The notes below the pieces were generated by a model. That model was not told the DNA's origin and searched no databases. It saw only the letters and a program-made list of their open reading frames with translations. A stretch of DNA of 64,000 nt from assembly GCA_964016885.1 (NCBI GenBank), contig OZ024742.1, positions 14,446,001-14,510,000 on the forward strand, in the 5' to 3' direction. Positions 24,376-37,300 of this stretch are shown here, piece by piece (the first letter of the stretch is position 1; each line of letters starts with the position of its first letter). The DNA is from Eledone cirrhosa. Its lineage: Eukaryota. Position numbers and translations under genes: made by a program.

Positions 24376-26784
24376 AGAGGCCAAAAAGCAGGCTTGGAAA
24401 GTATGGCGGGATGGGGGAAGTAGAGAAGACTATCAAGTGGCCAGGAGGGAAGCTAGGAGACAAGTGTACTTAGCAAGAAGGGAAGCAGAGGAAAGAAAGT
24501 TCAAGCATGTTCTACAACGCGAGGACCAAAAACATGAGGTGTTCAGGATTGCTAGGCAATGCGTCAAGGAAAACCGTGATATTGTCGGGGAGAAGTGTGT
24601 ACTTAACGATGATGGCATACTTGCCATCACCGACGCTGATAAGAAGGTAGCTTGGAAGTGTCACTATGAAAGGCTACTAAATGAGGAGAATAAATGGGAG
24701 AAAGACAGTCTCCCCCATATAGACCCAACAGAGGGACCAGCAGTGTTAGTCGAGGGGAGTATAATAAGTAAGGCAATCAAGGATATGAAGACGGGTAAGG
24801 CGGCTGGGCCTTCGGAAATAGTTGCTGAGATGCTGAAGGCATCTGGCACGGTGGGACACACCATGGTCACCCGCATAGTTAACCAAGTCGTACAGAATGG
24901 GGTTGTTCCGAAGGACTGGCATAGCAGCATCATCGTTAACTGTTATAAGGGTAAAGGAGACGCCCTAGATAGGAGTAACTATAGAGGCATTAAATTAATC
25001 GACCAGGTCATGAAGGTCACGGAAAAAGTAATAGCGCAACTAATCAGAGAGAGAATTGACCTAGATGAAATGCAGTTCGGGTTTGTGTCAGGCAAAAAGT
25101 ACCACAGACGCTCTTTTCATTGTACGACAACTACAGGAGAAGTACCTAGCTAAAGGTAAACCCCTCTACTTAGCTTTTGTCGACTTGGAGAAAGCCTTCG
25201 ACAGAGTCCCCCGCTCCATTATCTGGTGGTCTCTTAGAAAACTAGGCGTTGACGAATGGCTTGTGAGGGCTATACAAGCCATGTATAAAGAAACAGTCAG
25301 CAAGGTTAGAATTAACAACGAATATAGTGAAGAGTTTAGCGTAAAAGTTGGCGTCCATCAGGGCTCTGTTCTCAGCCCCCTACTATTTATTATTGCCCTT
25401 CAGGCTATAACAGAGGAGTTCAAGACCGGCTGCCCATGGGAACTCCTATACGCAGACGACCTGACACTCATAGCGGAATCAATGGCCGAGCTAGAGAAGA
25501 AATTCCAAACATGGAAGCACGGCCTAGAATCAAAAGGACTTAAAATTAACCTGGCTAAGACTAAAGTTCTAGTTTGTAGGAAAGAAAATAAGGCGGCGGT
25601 CCCTTCTGGGAAATGGTCATGCTCGGTGTGTAGGAAAGGCGTAGGTAGAAACTCCATTTTATGTCCTAAATGTAAAGTATGGGTGCATAAAAGATGTAGT
25701 GGGATCACAGGTAAGCTAACTAAGAACATAGATTTTACATGTGGCCGGTGCTCTGGTGCAATAAGTAGCAGCAAGTGCTCACAAAATACTAGCTCTTTCA
25801 ATTGCGCAGAGGGTTCTATAGAAATAGTGGACAGCTTCCGTTACCTGGGCGATAAAATCAGCAGTGGGGGAGGGTGCTCTGAAAGTACTGTAGCTAGAGT
25901 CAGAACTGGTTGGAAAAAGTTCAGAGAGCTTATACCACTATTAGCTGCTAAAGGGTTCTCCCTAAAAATGAAAGGCAGGTTGTACGATGCCTGCATACGA
26001 ACAGCAATGTTGCATGGCAGTGAGAGCTGGGCATTGTGTGCAGAGGATATACGCAGACTAGAGAGGAACGAAGCTTGCATGCTCCGCTGGATGTGTAACA
26101 GTAATATACGTGAACGGCAAAGCATAAACGAACTAAGGAAAAAATTAGAAATAAGAGGGATCAGATGTTGTTTACTCGAGAGAAGGCTACGTTGGTATGG
26201 ACACGTGATGCGCATGAAAGTCGATAGCTGTATAACAAAGTGCAGGGCAATAAAGATAGACGGTAGCCACGGAGTAGGCAGACCTAGAAAAACCTGGGAC
26301 GACTTGATAAATTCCGACCTCACACACTTACACCTCTCCAAGACAATGTCACTGGACCGAGACCTTTGGCAGTACTCAGTAATAGAGAAGACCCGCCTTA
26401 CCTAAATACATAGTAAAACCTACTACAGCCAGTAGGCATCTCTAACAAAATACACCCCCCCCCCCCATCCACACCACCCCCTTCTATGTAAAGTTATGTT
26501 GGTGCCGCGCCATCCAGGCCGAAACAAATGAGATCGTGTAGGTGTCACGACAAAAAAACACACAGTCCACGCTGTAATGTGGCCGTGTAGGCAACACGGT
26601 AAAAACCTCCCAGTCCCACACTGTAAATGTGGTTGGTGTTAGGAAGGGCATCCAACTGTAGAAAACCTGCCAGACAGTCCTATGCGAGCAAGGCAATCAC
26701 TCTTGCCTCAAGTGGGACTACCCCCGTCCAAACCCATGCAAGCGTGGAACACGGACGTTAAACGTTGATGATGATGATGATGAT
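24376..26784 (+). mobile_element. RTE LINE copy C (RT domain, one +1 frameshift)
   Basis: RT motifs GKAAGP, NYRGIKL, AFVDLEKAFD, GVHQGSVLSPLLF, LLYADDL and FRYLG. Frameshift at the A5 run 25094-25098. (GAT)n tail. No endonuclease domain present. Confidence 0.95.
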
Positions 26785-27045
26785 ATATATGTGCCTTCTA
26801 GATTCATTTCACATTATATACATGTCTGTGTATATTTTAATTATTTAAAAATTATTTTCTAAGTGAACATGATATTTTGAAGTGAACGTGACCCAACGGG
26901 TGACGGGTGGTCTAGTATACTACTAAAAGTCTGTGGTGTAATGTAATACAGTCAAAAGGACGCATAATAGGAAAATACTTTGAAATGAAGTTCCCCATGA
27001 AGTGGGGATACAAATGGAATAAAACAAGTTTCACGTAAATCAAAG
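26785..27045 (+). mobile_element. Non-autonomous Helitron 3' end abutting a Helitron-like 5' segment
   Basis: GC-rich acccaacgggtgacgggtggtCTAGt at 26890-26916. The segment after it is homologous to 23441-23565, which starts TCTATATATTACTAAAAG. Confidence 0.5.
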
Positions 27046-27082
27046 TGTATGTGTGTGTGTGTATATATATATATATATGTGT

Positions 27083-27132
27083 TCTTGTCTGATGACCCTG
27101 TGATAAACAGGCAAAACACCAGAGCAACAAGA
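27083..27132 (+). ncRNA. Inactivated hammerhead-like motif
   Basis: Reads TCTTGT-CTGATGA-cCCTGTgataaACAGGc-AAAAC-accagaGCA-ACAAGA. Stems I and II are perfect, but GAAA is mutated to AAAA and the triplet is GCA. The homologue on the minus strand at ~48975-49022 retains CGAAAC. Confidence 0.45.
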
Positions 27133-27188
27133 CTCACTTTTTAACCGTAATATAAATGAATATATATATATATGACACACAACGCAAG

Positions 27189-27239
<51 letters not shown>

Positions 27240-27708
27240 ATATAACAGAGTTTTGTAGCTTGCTTTTTTCCTCATTTCTAGTAAATTTTAGTAAATTCAA
27301 AATTCACTCACCCATATTCTTCTCCATTACTTTGTTACAACTAGATCTTCACTTGAATAATATAACACTTCTATACTTGTTGTTCATTTGTTTAGCAACT
27401 TATACTCACACACACCCTAAATTTAGTCATGCGCTATGATGTATATGACTTAGTCGTGACAAGAGAGAGGGGGGAGGAAGGGGGGAGGAAGAGAGGAGAC
27501 GAGAGAAAGGAATGACTTAATAATATAAGGTTAAAAATATTGCAAATACACAAAAGTTAATGTTTCTTTGTGGTTACACACACACACATACACACTCTCA
27601 CGGACACACACACACACACTCACTCACTCACACACACACTCACTCACATACACACACACATCTATGCCACGTTTTCTGTTTCCTATATTTCTTCCATGTG
27701 CTTTTTGA

Positions 27709-30090
27709 ATCATCATCATCATCATCATCATCAGGTTTAGCGTCCGTGTTCCACGCTTGCATGGGTTTGGACGTGGGGTTTTCCCACTTGAGGCAAGAGT
27801 GGTTGTCTTGCTCGCATAGGACTGTCTGGCGGGTTTTCTACAGTTGGATGCCCTTCCTAACACCAACCACATTTACAGTGTGGGGCTGGGAGGTTTTTAC
27901 CGTGTTGCCTACACGGCCACATTACAGCGTGGACTGTCTGGCGGGTTTTCTACAGCTGGATGCCCTTCCTAACACCAACCACATTTACAGTGTGGGGCTG
28001 GGAGGTTTTTACCGTGTTGCCTACACGGCCCCATTTACAGCGTGGACTGTGTGTTTTTTGTCGTGACACCTACACGATCTCATTTGTTTCGGCCTGGATG
28101 TTGTGGGACCAACATAACTGTACATTGAAAGGGGCGGTGTGGATCGGGTGGAGGTGGTGGGACGGGGGGGGGGTGTTTTGATAGAGATGCCTACTGACTG
28201 TAGTAGGTTTTTACTTTGTATTTAGGTAAGGCGGGTCTTCTCTATTACTGAGTACCGCCAAAGGTCTCGGTCCAGTGACATTGTCTTGGAGAGGTGTAAG
28301 CGTGTGAGGTCGGAATTTATCAGCTCGTCCCATGTTTTTCTGGGTCTGCCTACTCCGTGGCTACCGTCTATCTTTATTGCCCTGCACTTTGTTATACAGC
28401 TGTCGTCTTTCATGCGCATCACGTGACCGTACCAACGTAGCCTTCTCTCGAGTAAACAACATCTGATCCCTCTTATTTCTAATTTTTTCCTTAGTTCGTT
28501 TATGCTTTGCCGTTCACGTATATTACTATTGCATATCCAGCGGAGCATGCAAGCTTCGTTCCTCTCTAGTCTGCGTATATCCTCTGCACACAATGCCCAG
28601 GTCTCACTGCCATGCAGCATTGCTGTTCGTATGCAGGCATCGTATAACCTGCCTTTCATTTTTAGGGAGAACCCTCTAGCGGCTAATAGTGGTATAAGCT
28701 CTCTGAACTTTTTCCATCCAGTTCTGACTCTAGCTACTGTACTTTCAGAGCACCCTCCCCCACTGCTGATTTTGTCACCCAGGTAACGGAAGCTGTCCAC
28801 TATTTCTATAGAACCCTCTGCGCAGTTGAAGGAGCTAGTATTTTGTGGGCACTTGCTGCTACTTATTGCACCAGAGCACCGGCCACATGTAAAATCTATG
28901 TTCTTAGTTAGCTTACCTGTGATCCCACTACATCTTTTATGCACCCATACTTTGCATTTGGGACATAAAATGGAGTTTCTACCTACGCCTTTCCTACACA
29001 CTGAGCATGGCCATTTCCCAGATGGGACTGCCGCCTTATTTTCTTTCCTACAAACTAGAACTTTAGTCTTAGCCAGGTTAATTTTAAGGCCTTTTGATTC
29101 TAGGCCGTGCTTCCATGTTTGGAATTTCTTCTCTAGTTCGGTCATTGATTCAGCTATGAGCGTTAGATCATCTGCGTATAGGAGTTCCCATGGGCAGCCG
29201 GTCTTGAACTCCTCTGTTATAGCCTGAAGGGCAATAATAAATAGTAGGCGGCTAAGAACAGAGCCCTGATGGACACCAACTTTTACGCTAAACTCTTCAC
29301 TATATTCGTTGTTAATTCTAACCTTACTGACTGTTTCTTTATACATGGCTTGTATAGCTCTCACAAGCCATTCGTCAACACCTAGTTTTCTAAGAGACCA
29401 CCAGATAATGGAACGGGGGACTCTGTCGAAGGCTTTCTCCAAGTCGACGAAAGCTAAGTATAGGGGTTTACTTTTAGCTAGGTACTTCTCCTGTAGTTGT
29501 CGTACATGAAAAGAGCGTCTGTGGTACTTTTACCTGACACAAATCCGAACTGCATTTCATCTAGATCAATTCTCTCTCTGATTAGTTGCGCTATTACTTT
29601 TTCCGTGACTTTCATGACCTGGTCGATTAATTTAATGCCTCTATAGTTACTCCTATCTAGGGCATCTCCTTTTCCCTTATAGCAGTTAACGATGATGCTG
29701 CTACGCCAGTCCTTCGGAACAACCCCATTCTGTACGACTTGGTTAACTATCCGGGTGACCATGGTGTGTCCCACCGAACCAGATGCCTTCAGCATCTCAG
29801 CAACTATTTCCGAAGGACCAGCCGCCTTACCCGTCTTCATATCTTTGATTGCCTTGCTTATTGTACTACCCTGGACTAACACTGCTGGTCCCTCTATTGG
29901 GTCGATGTGGGGGAGACTGTCTTTCTCCCATTTGTTCTCCTCATTTAGAAGCCTTTCGTAGTGACACTTCCAAGCTACCTTCTTATCAGCGTCGGTGATG
30001 GCAAGTATGCCATCATCGTTAAGTACACACTTCTCCCTGACAATATCACGGTTTTCCTTGACACATTGCCTGGCAATCCTGAACACCTCA
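27709..30090 (-). mobile_element. RTE LINE copy D (RT domain, frameshift near 29506, duplicated 3'UTR segment)
   Basis: ORFs 29478-30086 and 28222-29442 are homologous to copy C. ~110-bp tandem duplication in the 3'UTR (27820-28045). TGAAT flanks both ends. Confidence 0.95.
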
Positions 30091-30560
30091 CCTGAATATA
30101 TATATATAACCCATGCTAGCGTGGAAAATAGATGTTAAACGATGATGATGATGAATTATATACACCCCACACCATGCGTTCTCTGTAAAGTTATGTTGGT
30201 ACCACAGAACATAAGTGGTTGTGTAGGTGTCCTGTTAAAAAGCACCCAGTCCACACTGTAAATGCGGTTGGTGTTAGGAAGGGCATCCAGCTGCAGAAAA
30301 CCAGCCAGAAACAGTTCTATACAAGCGAGACACGGTGACCCAACCAAACTTACATCAAGTGGGACAAAACTGTCTAACCCATGCTAGCGTGGAAGATGGA
30401 CGTTAAACGATGATGATGATTATCATCATTTTTATATATATATATATATTAAAATAACAGATTAAAGTTTAAGCAAACGGGATCTTCCGAAACTAACAAT
30501 ATATATATAATATATATACATATTATATACATACATATACATATATACATATTATATACA

Positions 30561-30592
<32 letters not shown>

Positions 30593-31320
30593 CTAGCAGC
30601 AGTACCCAGCGTTGCCTGGGTAGGTAAAATAATATCTGCTTTGATGAAAAGGTGTTGATCTTAGCGACTGCGAGTTTCTTGAAAATCGATCGTAAGGTGT
30701 AGCAAATGGCGAAATGTTGAATGAAATCGTATGGGGTATGTGAGAGGTGGAAAAAATCGTATTTTGAAGAGTTAAACGGCTGTCACGCCGTCCCTGAACA
30801 AAAAATACAAAGTGTAAAGCTACTATAAGATGTGCAATGATAGGGTCTATCGTAGTATAAAAGTTGAACCAAATAAATTGATTTATGTGTGAGGTGGAGC
30901 TGAAGTTTCGAATTTGAACGAAATCGGTTGAAAAATGTGGGAGTTAGAGCCAAAAAGGCGGAAATTTGAGCGAAAAGGTGGTATTTTTGAATATTTAAGC
31001 GGCTGCCACGCTGTTCCTGAACAAAAAATCCAAAATGTAAAGCTACTTTAAGACGTGAAATAATCAGATCTAGCATAGTGTAAAATTTGAACAAAGTAGG
31101 TTGATTAATGTGGGAACTAGAGCAAATTTGAGTCTAAAAGTGGTATTTTGGAATATTTAAGCGGCTGCCACGCCGTCCCTGAACAACAAATGCAAAATAT
31201 AAAGCCATTACAGGATGTGCAATAAATTCTATTTTACTTTAAAATTTGAACGAAATCGGTGGCAAAATGTGGGAGCTAGAGCCAAAAATCATATTTTTCG
31301 ATACCTAAAAGAGGTGACAC
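30593..31320 (-). mobile_element. Non-autonomous Helitron-like element with internal repeats
   Basis: 3' hairpin cccagg-caacg-ctggg followed by CTAG|T. The block cacgccgtccctgaacaa recurs at ~30785, 31008 and 31169. Confidence 0.6.
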
Positions 31321-31334
31321 CCCTATCGATATTT

Positions 31335-32525
31335 ATCGTGATATTTCTTGACTTTGCGAAGGCTTTTGGCAAGGTTGCTCACGGAATGATATGTCACAAA
31401 CTACGCAGACTCGGCATAACTGTTAAAGTAGGTGGGTGGCTGCATGATTTCTTAAAAGACAGAAGCCAGAGAGTTACAGCCAATGGGGCCCACTCAAAGG
31501 AAACATGAATAACAAGTGGGGTGCCCCAGGGCACAGTCTCGGGATCACTACTCTCAGACATGCCCTCTGTAGTACATACAACATCCCTCACTAGCTATGC
31601 TGATGACACAAAGGTAGCACAGGCAATCAAAAACCTGGCTGATGCTGTCCTTTTACAAGATCTGGATGCCATATACAAATGGGCTGAGGACAACAACATG
31701 CAGTTTAATGCTGGAAAATTCCAAGCCCTACAATACCAACCTGCAAACACAAATACAATACAACACAGCTACACCGGACCAGGAGGGATCGAAATTCCCA
31801 TGTTGAAAACAACACGAGACCGGGGAATAGACATGAGTGACGATGCATCTTTTTCTTCACACATCATGAGGGTGGTGACAACGTGCGGACAAGACACTGA
31901 GCGACAATGTTGATACTATGGCAGACATTTGTCCTAAGCCGCCTGGACTATTGCTCCCAGCTGTGGTCACCCCATAGTATCAAACTAACCACGGAACTTG
32001 AGACAATCCAACGAAGCTACACCAAGAGGATTGCGACGATGAAGGAGATAGGCTACTGGGAGAGGCTAAAAGAATTGAACCTCTACTCCTTGGAACAAAG
32101 ACGGGAGAGATATGCAGTGACATACATATGAAAAATCCTGGAGGGACTAGCACCAAACTTTGGCATTGAGAGCTGGACCAACCCCCGAACAGGACGTCAT
32201 TGTGTGGTGACAAAGGTCCCGTCTTCCACACCCAGTATAAGGAGCAGATATTTCAATAACTTGGGGTTCAAAGGCCCTCAACTTTTCAGCAAGCTGTCTA
32301 GGAATTTGAGAGATCTGCATGGTGTGGACATGTATATTTTCAAGAAACATCTGGACACCCTGTTATCCAGGATCCGAGATGAGCCCACAGCACGGTACAA
32401 AGGGCAGCAGCAACAAACTCCCTTACACGAATGGCCAGCCAACACAGGTTGAGGGATAGAATGTGTATCAACAAGGGCGGTGCCCCAGCATGGCCTCAGC
32501 CAGATGGCTGGAACAGGTAAAAGAA
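31335..32525 (+). mobile_element. CR1/L2-group LINE relic (RT C-terminal half and 3'UTR)
   Basis: Motifs IFLDFAKAF, GVPQGT, YADDTK, LDYCSQLWSP and YWERLKELNLYSLEQRR across broken frames. Confidence 0.85.
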
Positions 32526-32530
32526 TATAT

Positions 32531-32591
<61 letters not shown>

Positions 32592-32784
32592 CATATATAT
32601 ATATACATATATATATACACACAAACACGCACATATATATCTATACATATATATAAAATTGAAGTTGTCTGTGTGTGTGTCTCCTAATTTTGGAAAGTCT
32701 ATACAAATCCACATTTCTACTCCGATTGACTTCAAACTTGCATTTATATATTCCTTGCAATCTAAAGATATTAACTGCAGCTTT

Positions 32785-32925
32785 TATTTTTCAATTTTCT
32801 GTTGTTTCACTAAAACTTTAAACCCATTTCACTATTTTTCAATTTTCTGTTGTTTCACTAAAACTTTAAACCCATTTCACTATTTTTCAATTTTCTGTTG
32901 TTTCACTAAAACTTTAAGCCCATTT
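32785..32925. repeat. 48-bp tandem repeat x3
   Basis: Unit tatttttcaattttctgttgtttcactaaaactttaaacccatttcac (16-aa periodicity in ORF 32659-32940). Confidence 0.9.
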
Positions 32926-33414
32926 TATCACATATACTAGGCAGCTCTTATGTAACCGATATTTACAAAACAAAGACAACTTTTCTGAACTTCACAAATA
33001 AAGAGAGAGTATATTATTACTTCTTTGAGGAGATAATTTATATCATCCTTTCATTGAAATGTCTATGCATTAGAAACAGTAAACATTATATATGTATATA
33101 TTTGAAAAAAAGGAAAAGAATGACTTCACTTGTTCTAAATAATTTGATTTAATTTATAATATTATAATATGAGTTGGTAGCAAATTATTTAGAACTATAA
33201 GTGAAGTCATTCTTTTCCTTTTTCCAAATATACCCAACTGTACCAAGGATCTCACACATTTTTCATATACATGTGTGTGTGTGTGTATGAAACAGCAGTG
33301 TAATGTGAAATAGGTTGTATTATATAACTAATATGGGACAGTGAAGTCATTCTCTTTAGCTTAACCTCATTGTTTTGTTTCACTGAGTAGCATATAGCTA
33401 ATATATATCATCAT

Positions 33415-33452
<38 letters not shown>

Positions 33453-34301
33453 CCTCATCTAATGGTTATAAATGCATTTAATTTCTAAATTTTACCCGTA
33501 AATTTTAACCTCAGACACACATTCATATGTACACACACATATACATTCATATGTACACACACATATACATTCATATGTACACATACATATGCATTCATAC
33601 ATACACACACTATCTCTTTCACCACTCTTCTTTCTGAGAGGTTCAGAAAGGTTGTCTGTTTTGTAAATACCTCATCCGTTCATTGACATGTCTATGTATT
33701 CGAGAGAGTAAACATTATAAATTAATATTAACTGCTCCATCCAGTTGAGCAGATTGAGGTTTTGGCTGCTATTTCCAGCGTCAATATAAGCCTGTCATAT
33801 TGTCCTAATACAGTGGGATATATTGATACAGTACAGTGGACACCATGCAGTTCAGCAACGGCATGGTATGTATGATACGTAATTCAACTTCTCTTCCAAA
33901 GAATTCTCCTCCTGACAACAGAATTGTAATTCTTCCAATATTGGTTATTCCAATGTCTTGGAATAATGTTTTATAATTCCAGAAACTATGGTCAGGGTAC
34001 TGTATAAGTAAAACTGACTTATTTTAGTTGGTCTAACTTACATCCACCCAAATTGAGATTTGGGCTTAAGTTTAATATATACTAGCTGGCCAGTTCGGCT
34101 GGCGCCTGGCTACCATTGACGTGTTCTACGGCATCTATATATATATATATAGCTGACACACCTAGCTTCGCTTGGATAAACAGACGATAAGCTGTCTGTG
34201 TAGTATAATATTACTGTTGAAAATATATAGTACAGTACAGTATTACTGTTTAAAATAGATAGTATAGTATAGTATTATTGTTCAAAATATATAGTATAGT
34301 A

Positions 34302-37300
34302 CTAGCAGCTGAGCCCGGTTGCACCCGGGGCCACTTTTTATTAATAATAAGTTAATAATAAGTTAATAATTTGAAAAATATTATTGAAAGTTTATTATAA
34401 AGAAGCAGTATTAGGAAAAAAAATAAAAATATGCATTTGGGGCTGGACGGCGTACAATGAGAAGTGGAGTGACGTGAAAAGCGTTGAGAGACGTTGAGTG
34501 GCGACGGAAGAGGAATGGCGGAAGCTTCAAAGGTATTGTTGCAGTGCTTCTTTGTAGACAACGTTCCTGGTATTACCCGGATTACCACAAATGTAGAGAT
34601 TGTGTGGACTGCTGACGCGTGAGCACCCGACGTATAGTTGACCGTGGGTAAATACCTGCTGTGTCAGATTTAGGCCAACTACTTGCAGCGAATGTCCCTG
34701 TGCCTTGTTGATACTCATTGCAAAGAAGAGTTTTATGGGAAACTGCGTCTCGTAAAATTAAATGGGACGTCAGAGGGACTAAGGCTTATGGGGGATAATA
34801 ACTTTGTCCCGCCAGCAGACGGTCCGCTCAGAATTTTTGTCGTAAGAATTTGTGTCTCAATTTTTTTAATGATCAGACGCGTCCCGTTGCATAGTTCTGG
34901 TGGTTCCACGTTTCTTAGCAGCATAACTGGAACACCAACCTTCAGTCTAAGGTCATGAGGTGGAAGTCCGGGAGGTTGTTGACTGTTGAGGAATTCAATC
35001 GGATAGTTGACGGGGTCGTCCGCGTTTTTGTTGGTGTCAATTGACTTGAAGGAGACTTCACCTCCTGGAATCTGATCAAGCAGGTGTTGATGCATTGCGT
35101 CAATGGTGGCATTATGTGATGCTAAAATAGCTCTCCCTTGCAGCCAGTTGTGATCAAGGAATCGTGCTTCGAGGTCGGGGAAAACAGATGACATTAATTC
35201 CTCTATGCTTGATACAAAGTTTCCAAATGGCAGACGAATGTGTTGTTCATCGATTCCAGGTGTAGTTCCATTACCAACTTCCAGTAGCTGTTTTGAGAAA
35301 TCCTCAGATTCTGCATCACCATGCACATGCACTCTCATGTTAGTAGTCAGGTTTAGTTTCTGGACATACTGCCATAGGTAGGAAGACTTGATGCATGTGT
35401 TAACTTCGTCAGCTCTAGTGCTTCTAGTGATTATAGGAAGAGTCTGCCGAAAATCGCCAGCCATCAGTACTGTCGCTCCACCCATTACGTGTGAATTTTG
35501 ACACAAGTCTTTGAGAGTTCGGTCTAGAGCCTCAAACGCTGCCGTGTGACTCATTGTAGCCTCGTCCCAAATGAATAAACAGCACTCAGAAAGAAGGTAT
35601 CCTTTAGAGTCTCCACAATTTATTCTGCAAGTAGGATTCTCCTTCTTTGCAAGGTCCATAGGCAATTGGAATGCGGAGTGTGCCGTACGACCGCCATGTA
35701 ACAGTGTCGCCGCAATACCACTTGGGGCGACCGCTAAAGCAATCTGCCTGTCTTTCCACAGCTTCGCAAGCAGTAGGTTATGAGAAAGGTTTTTCCTGTT
35801 CCGCCTGGAGCATCCAAAAAGAATAGCCGTCCCTCATTTGAAATGACACTGGCAAGAATTCTGTCATACGCCCGTCTCTGCTCAGGCAAAAGTCTGGGTT
35901 CATCTTGAGCAAACTTATCTGTCAATTCCTCAATGTTGTAATTCAACTTAAGCATGAACTCCACATCTAAAGCACCGTCTTTATGTACAGGTTGTGGCAA
36001 ACCGAATTCTAATACACCGCCAACTCCAACAGATCTTAGACGTTTATCCATGTCAATGAGGGCCTCATTGTATACATTGGCGTTGTAATGAAAGTCAGCC
36101 GCTGGTGCCTTTGCTCCTACTCTGCGCAGGATGTCCTCTGACATGTTGTCCTTATGCATTTCCCATAGCTTAAGTGGCTCACCGACATTGCAGAACAGTA
36201 ACATATTGCAAAACAAACGACGCATTTCTCGTGGCATTTTACATTCAGCAGCTTCTGTCAATGCCATGTTCAGGTGGTCATCGTCCTCGAGTAGCCCGCG
36301 CTTCACGCAAGCCTCCCTGTAAGTGGAACAAATGTAGCCGTCTGAAAGTCTGAGGTCTGCAAATGACTTGGGTCCTTTGATTCGGTGGAGCAGCATTCTC
36401 AAAAAAAAGCATTCCTGTTGCTTCGGATGAACGTTGTACACACGTCCGATGGCATTACTTTTGAATACACCTGCCTCCCCCTGTCGCTGCCGACCTCGAC
36501 GTAAAAGAGGGTAAGTGTAAACTCATCGACAGAGCAAAGCTTAAAAAATGCTGTAAGAGTCGTCTCTGGTGGCTTTTGTGCAGCAAGTGTGGCGTTTTCC
36601 TCCGTGAAATAAACACGCTGTCCATTCTGTAAGTGAACATCCAAGTTAACAACTGTAGGAGAGCACTTGTGAATCTCAAGTCCAAAAATACGCCAAGTCG
36701 CCATATTGGACGAAATGTTCCTTCCCATCACGTATTGATTAGTAGAAGTTGATAGTTTATTAACAGCGAAATAGCAATGTCGATGATATGCAAGTTTAAA
36801 AATGCAGATTATGAAGGTTTGTATGATAGTTTACACTTTGATTGCCCTGGTCAGCAAGAGGGGCCTCTATATATTAGACGTTTATTAGAAGAGGGGGAAA
36901 TAACTAACCCCAGTATTAGAACAGGGGGTTCGCAATGTAAGGGTTTTATTTCTTTTGTTAGAAAACAGTGACCTTTTTCGGTTTGGCATTTCGTAAAATT
37001 CTACTGCAGAATCGATTTCATAAAATGGTACTGTATGTTAACAGCGAGAGAACGTTGTGTTTGATATGTTATGAAAAAATTGATGAGTTTAAAAATTTGT
37101 ATGAAATTGTAAATAAGACAATGAATATTGAAAGCAACTGTGGAAAATAAACTCATCCAAGTATTAGAACAGGGGGAAATAACTCACCGAAAGCGATAGT
37201 AAATAGACCGTTTTGGGTCCCTAGGGACCACATTTTTCAAGTTAGAGATTTGAAACCTCATCTATTTGCTTCCTTGGCACTTTTTACATAGGTGTGTAAA

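Noticed and set aside
24008-25153. 381-aa chimeric ORF
   Set aside because: A chance in-frame join of microsatellite, an unrelated LINE fragment, (TA)n and RTE copy C.
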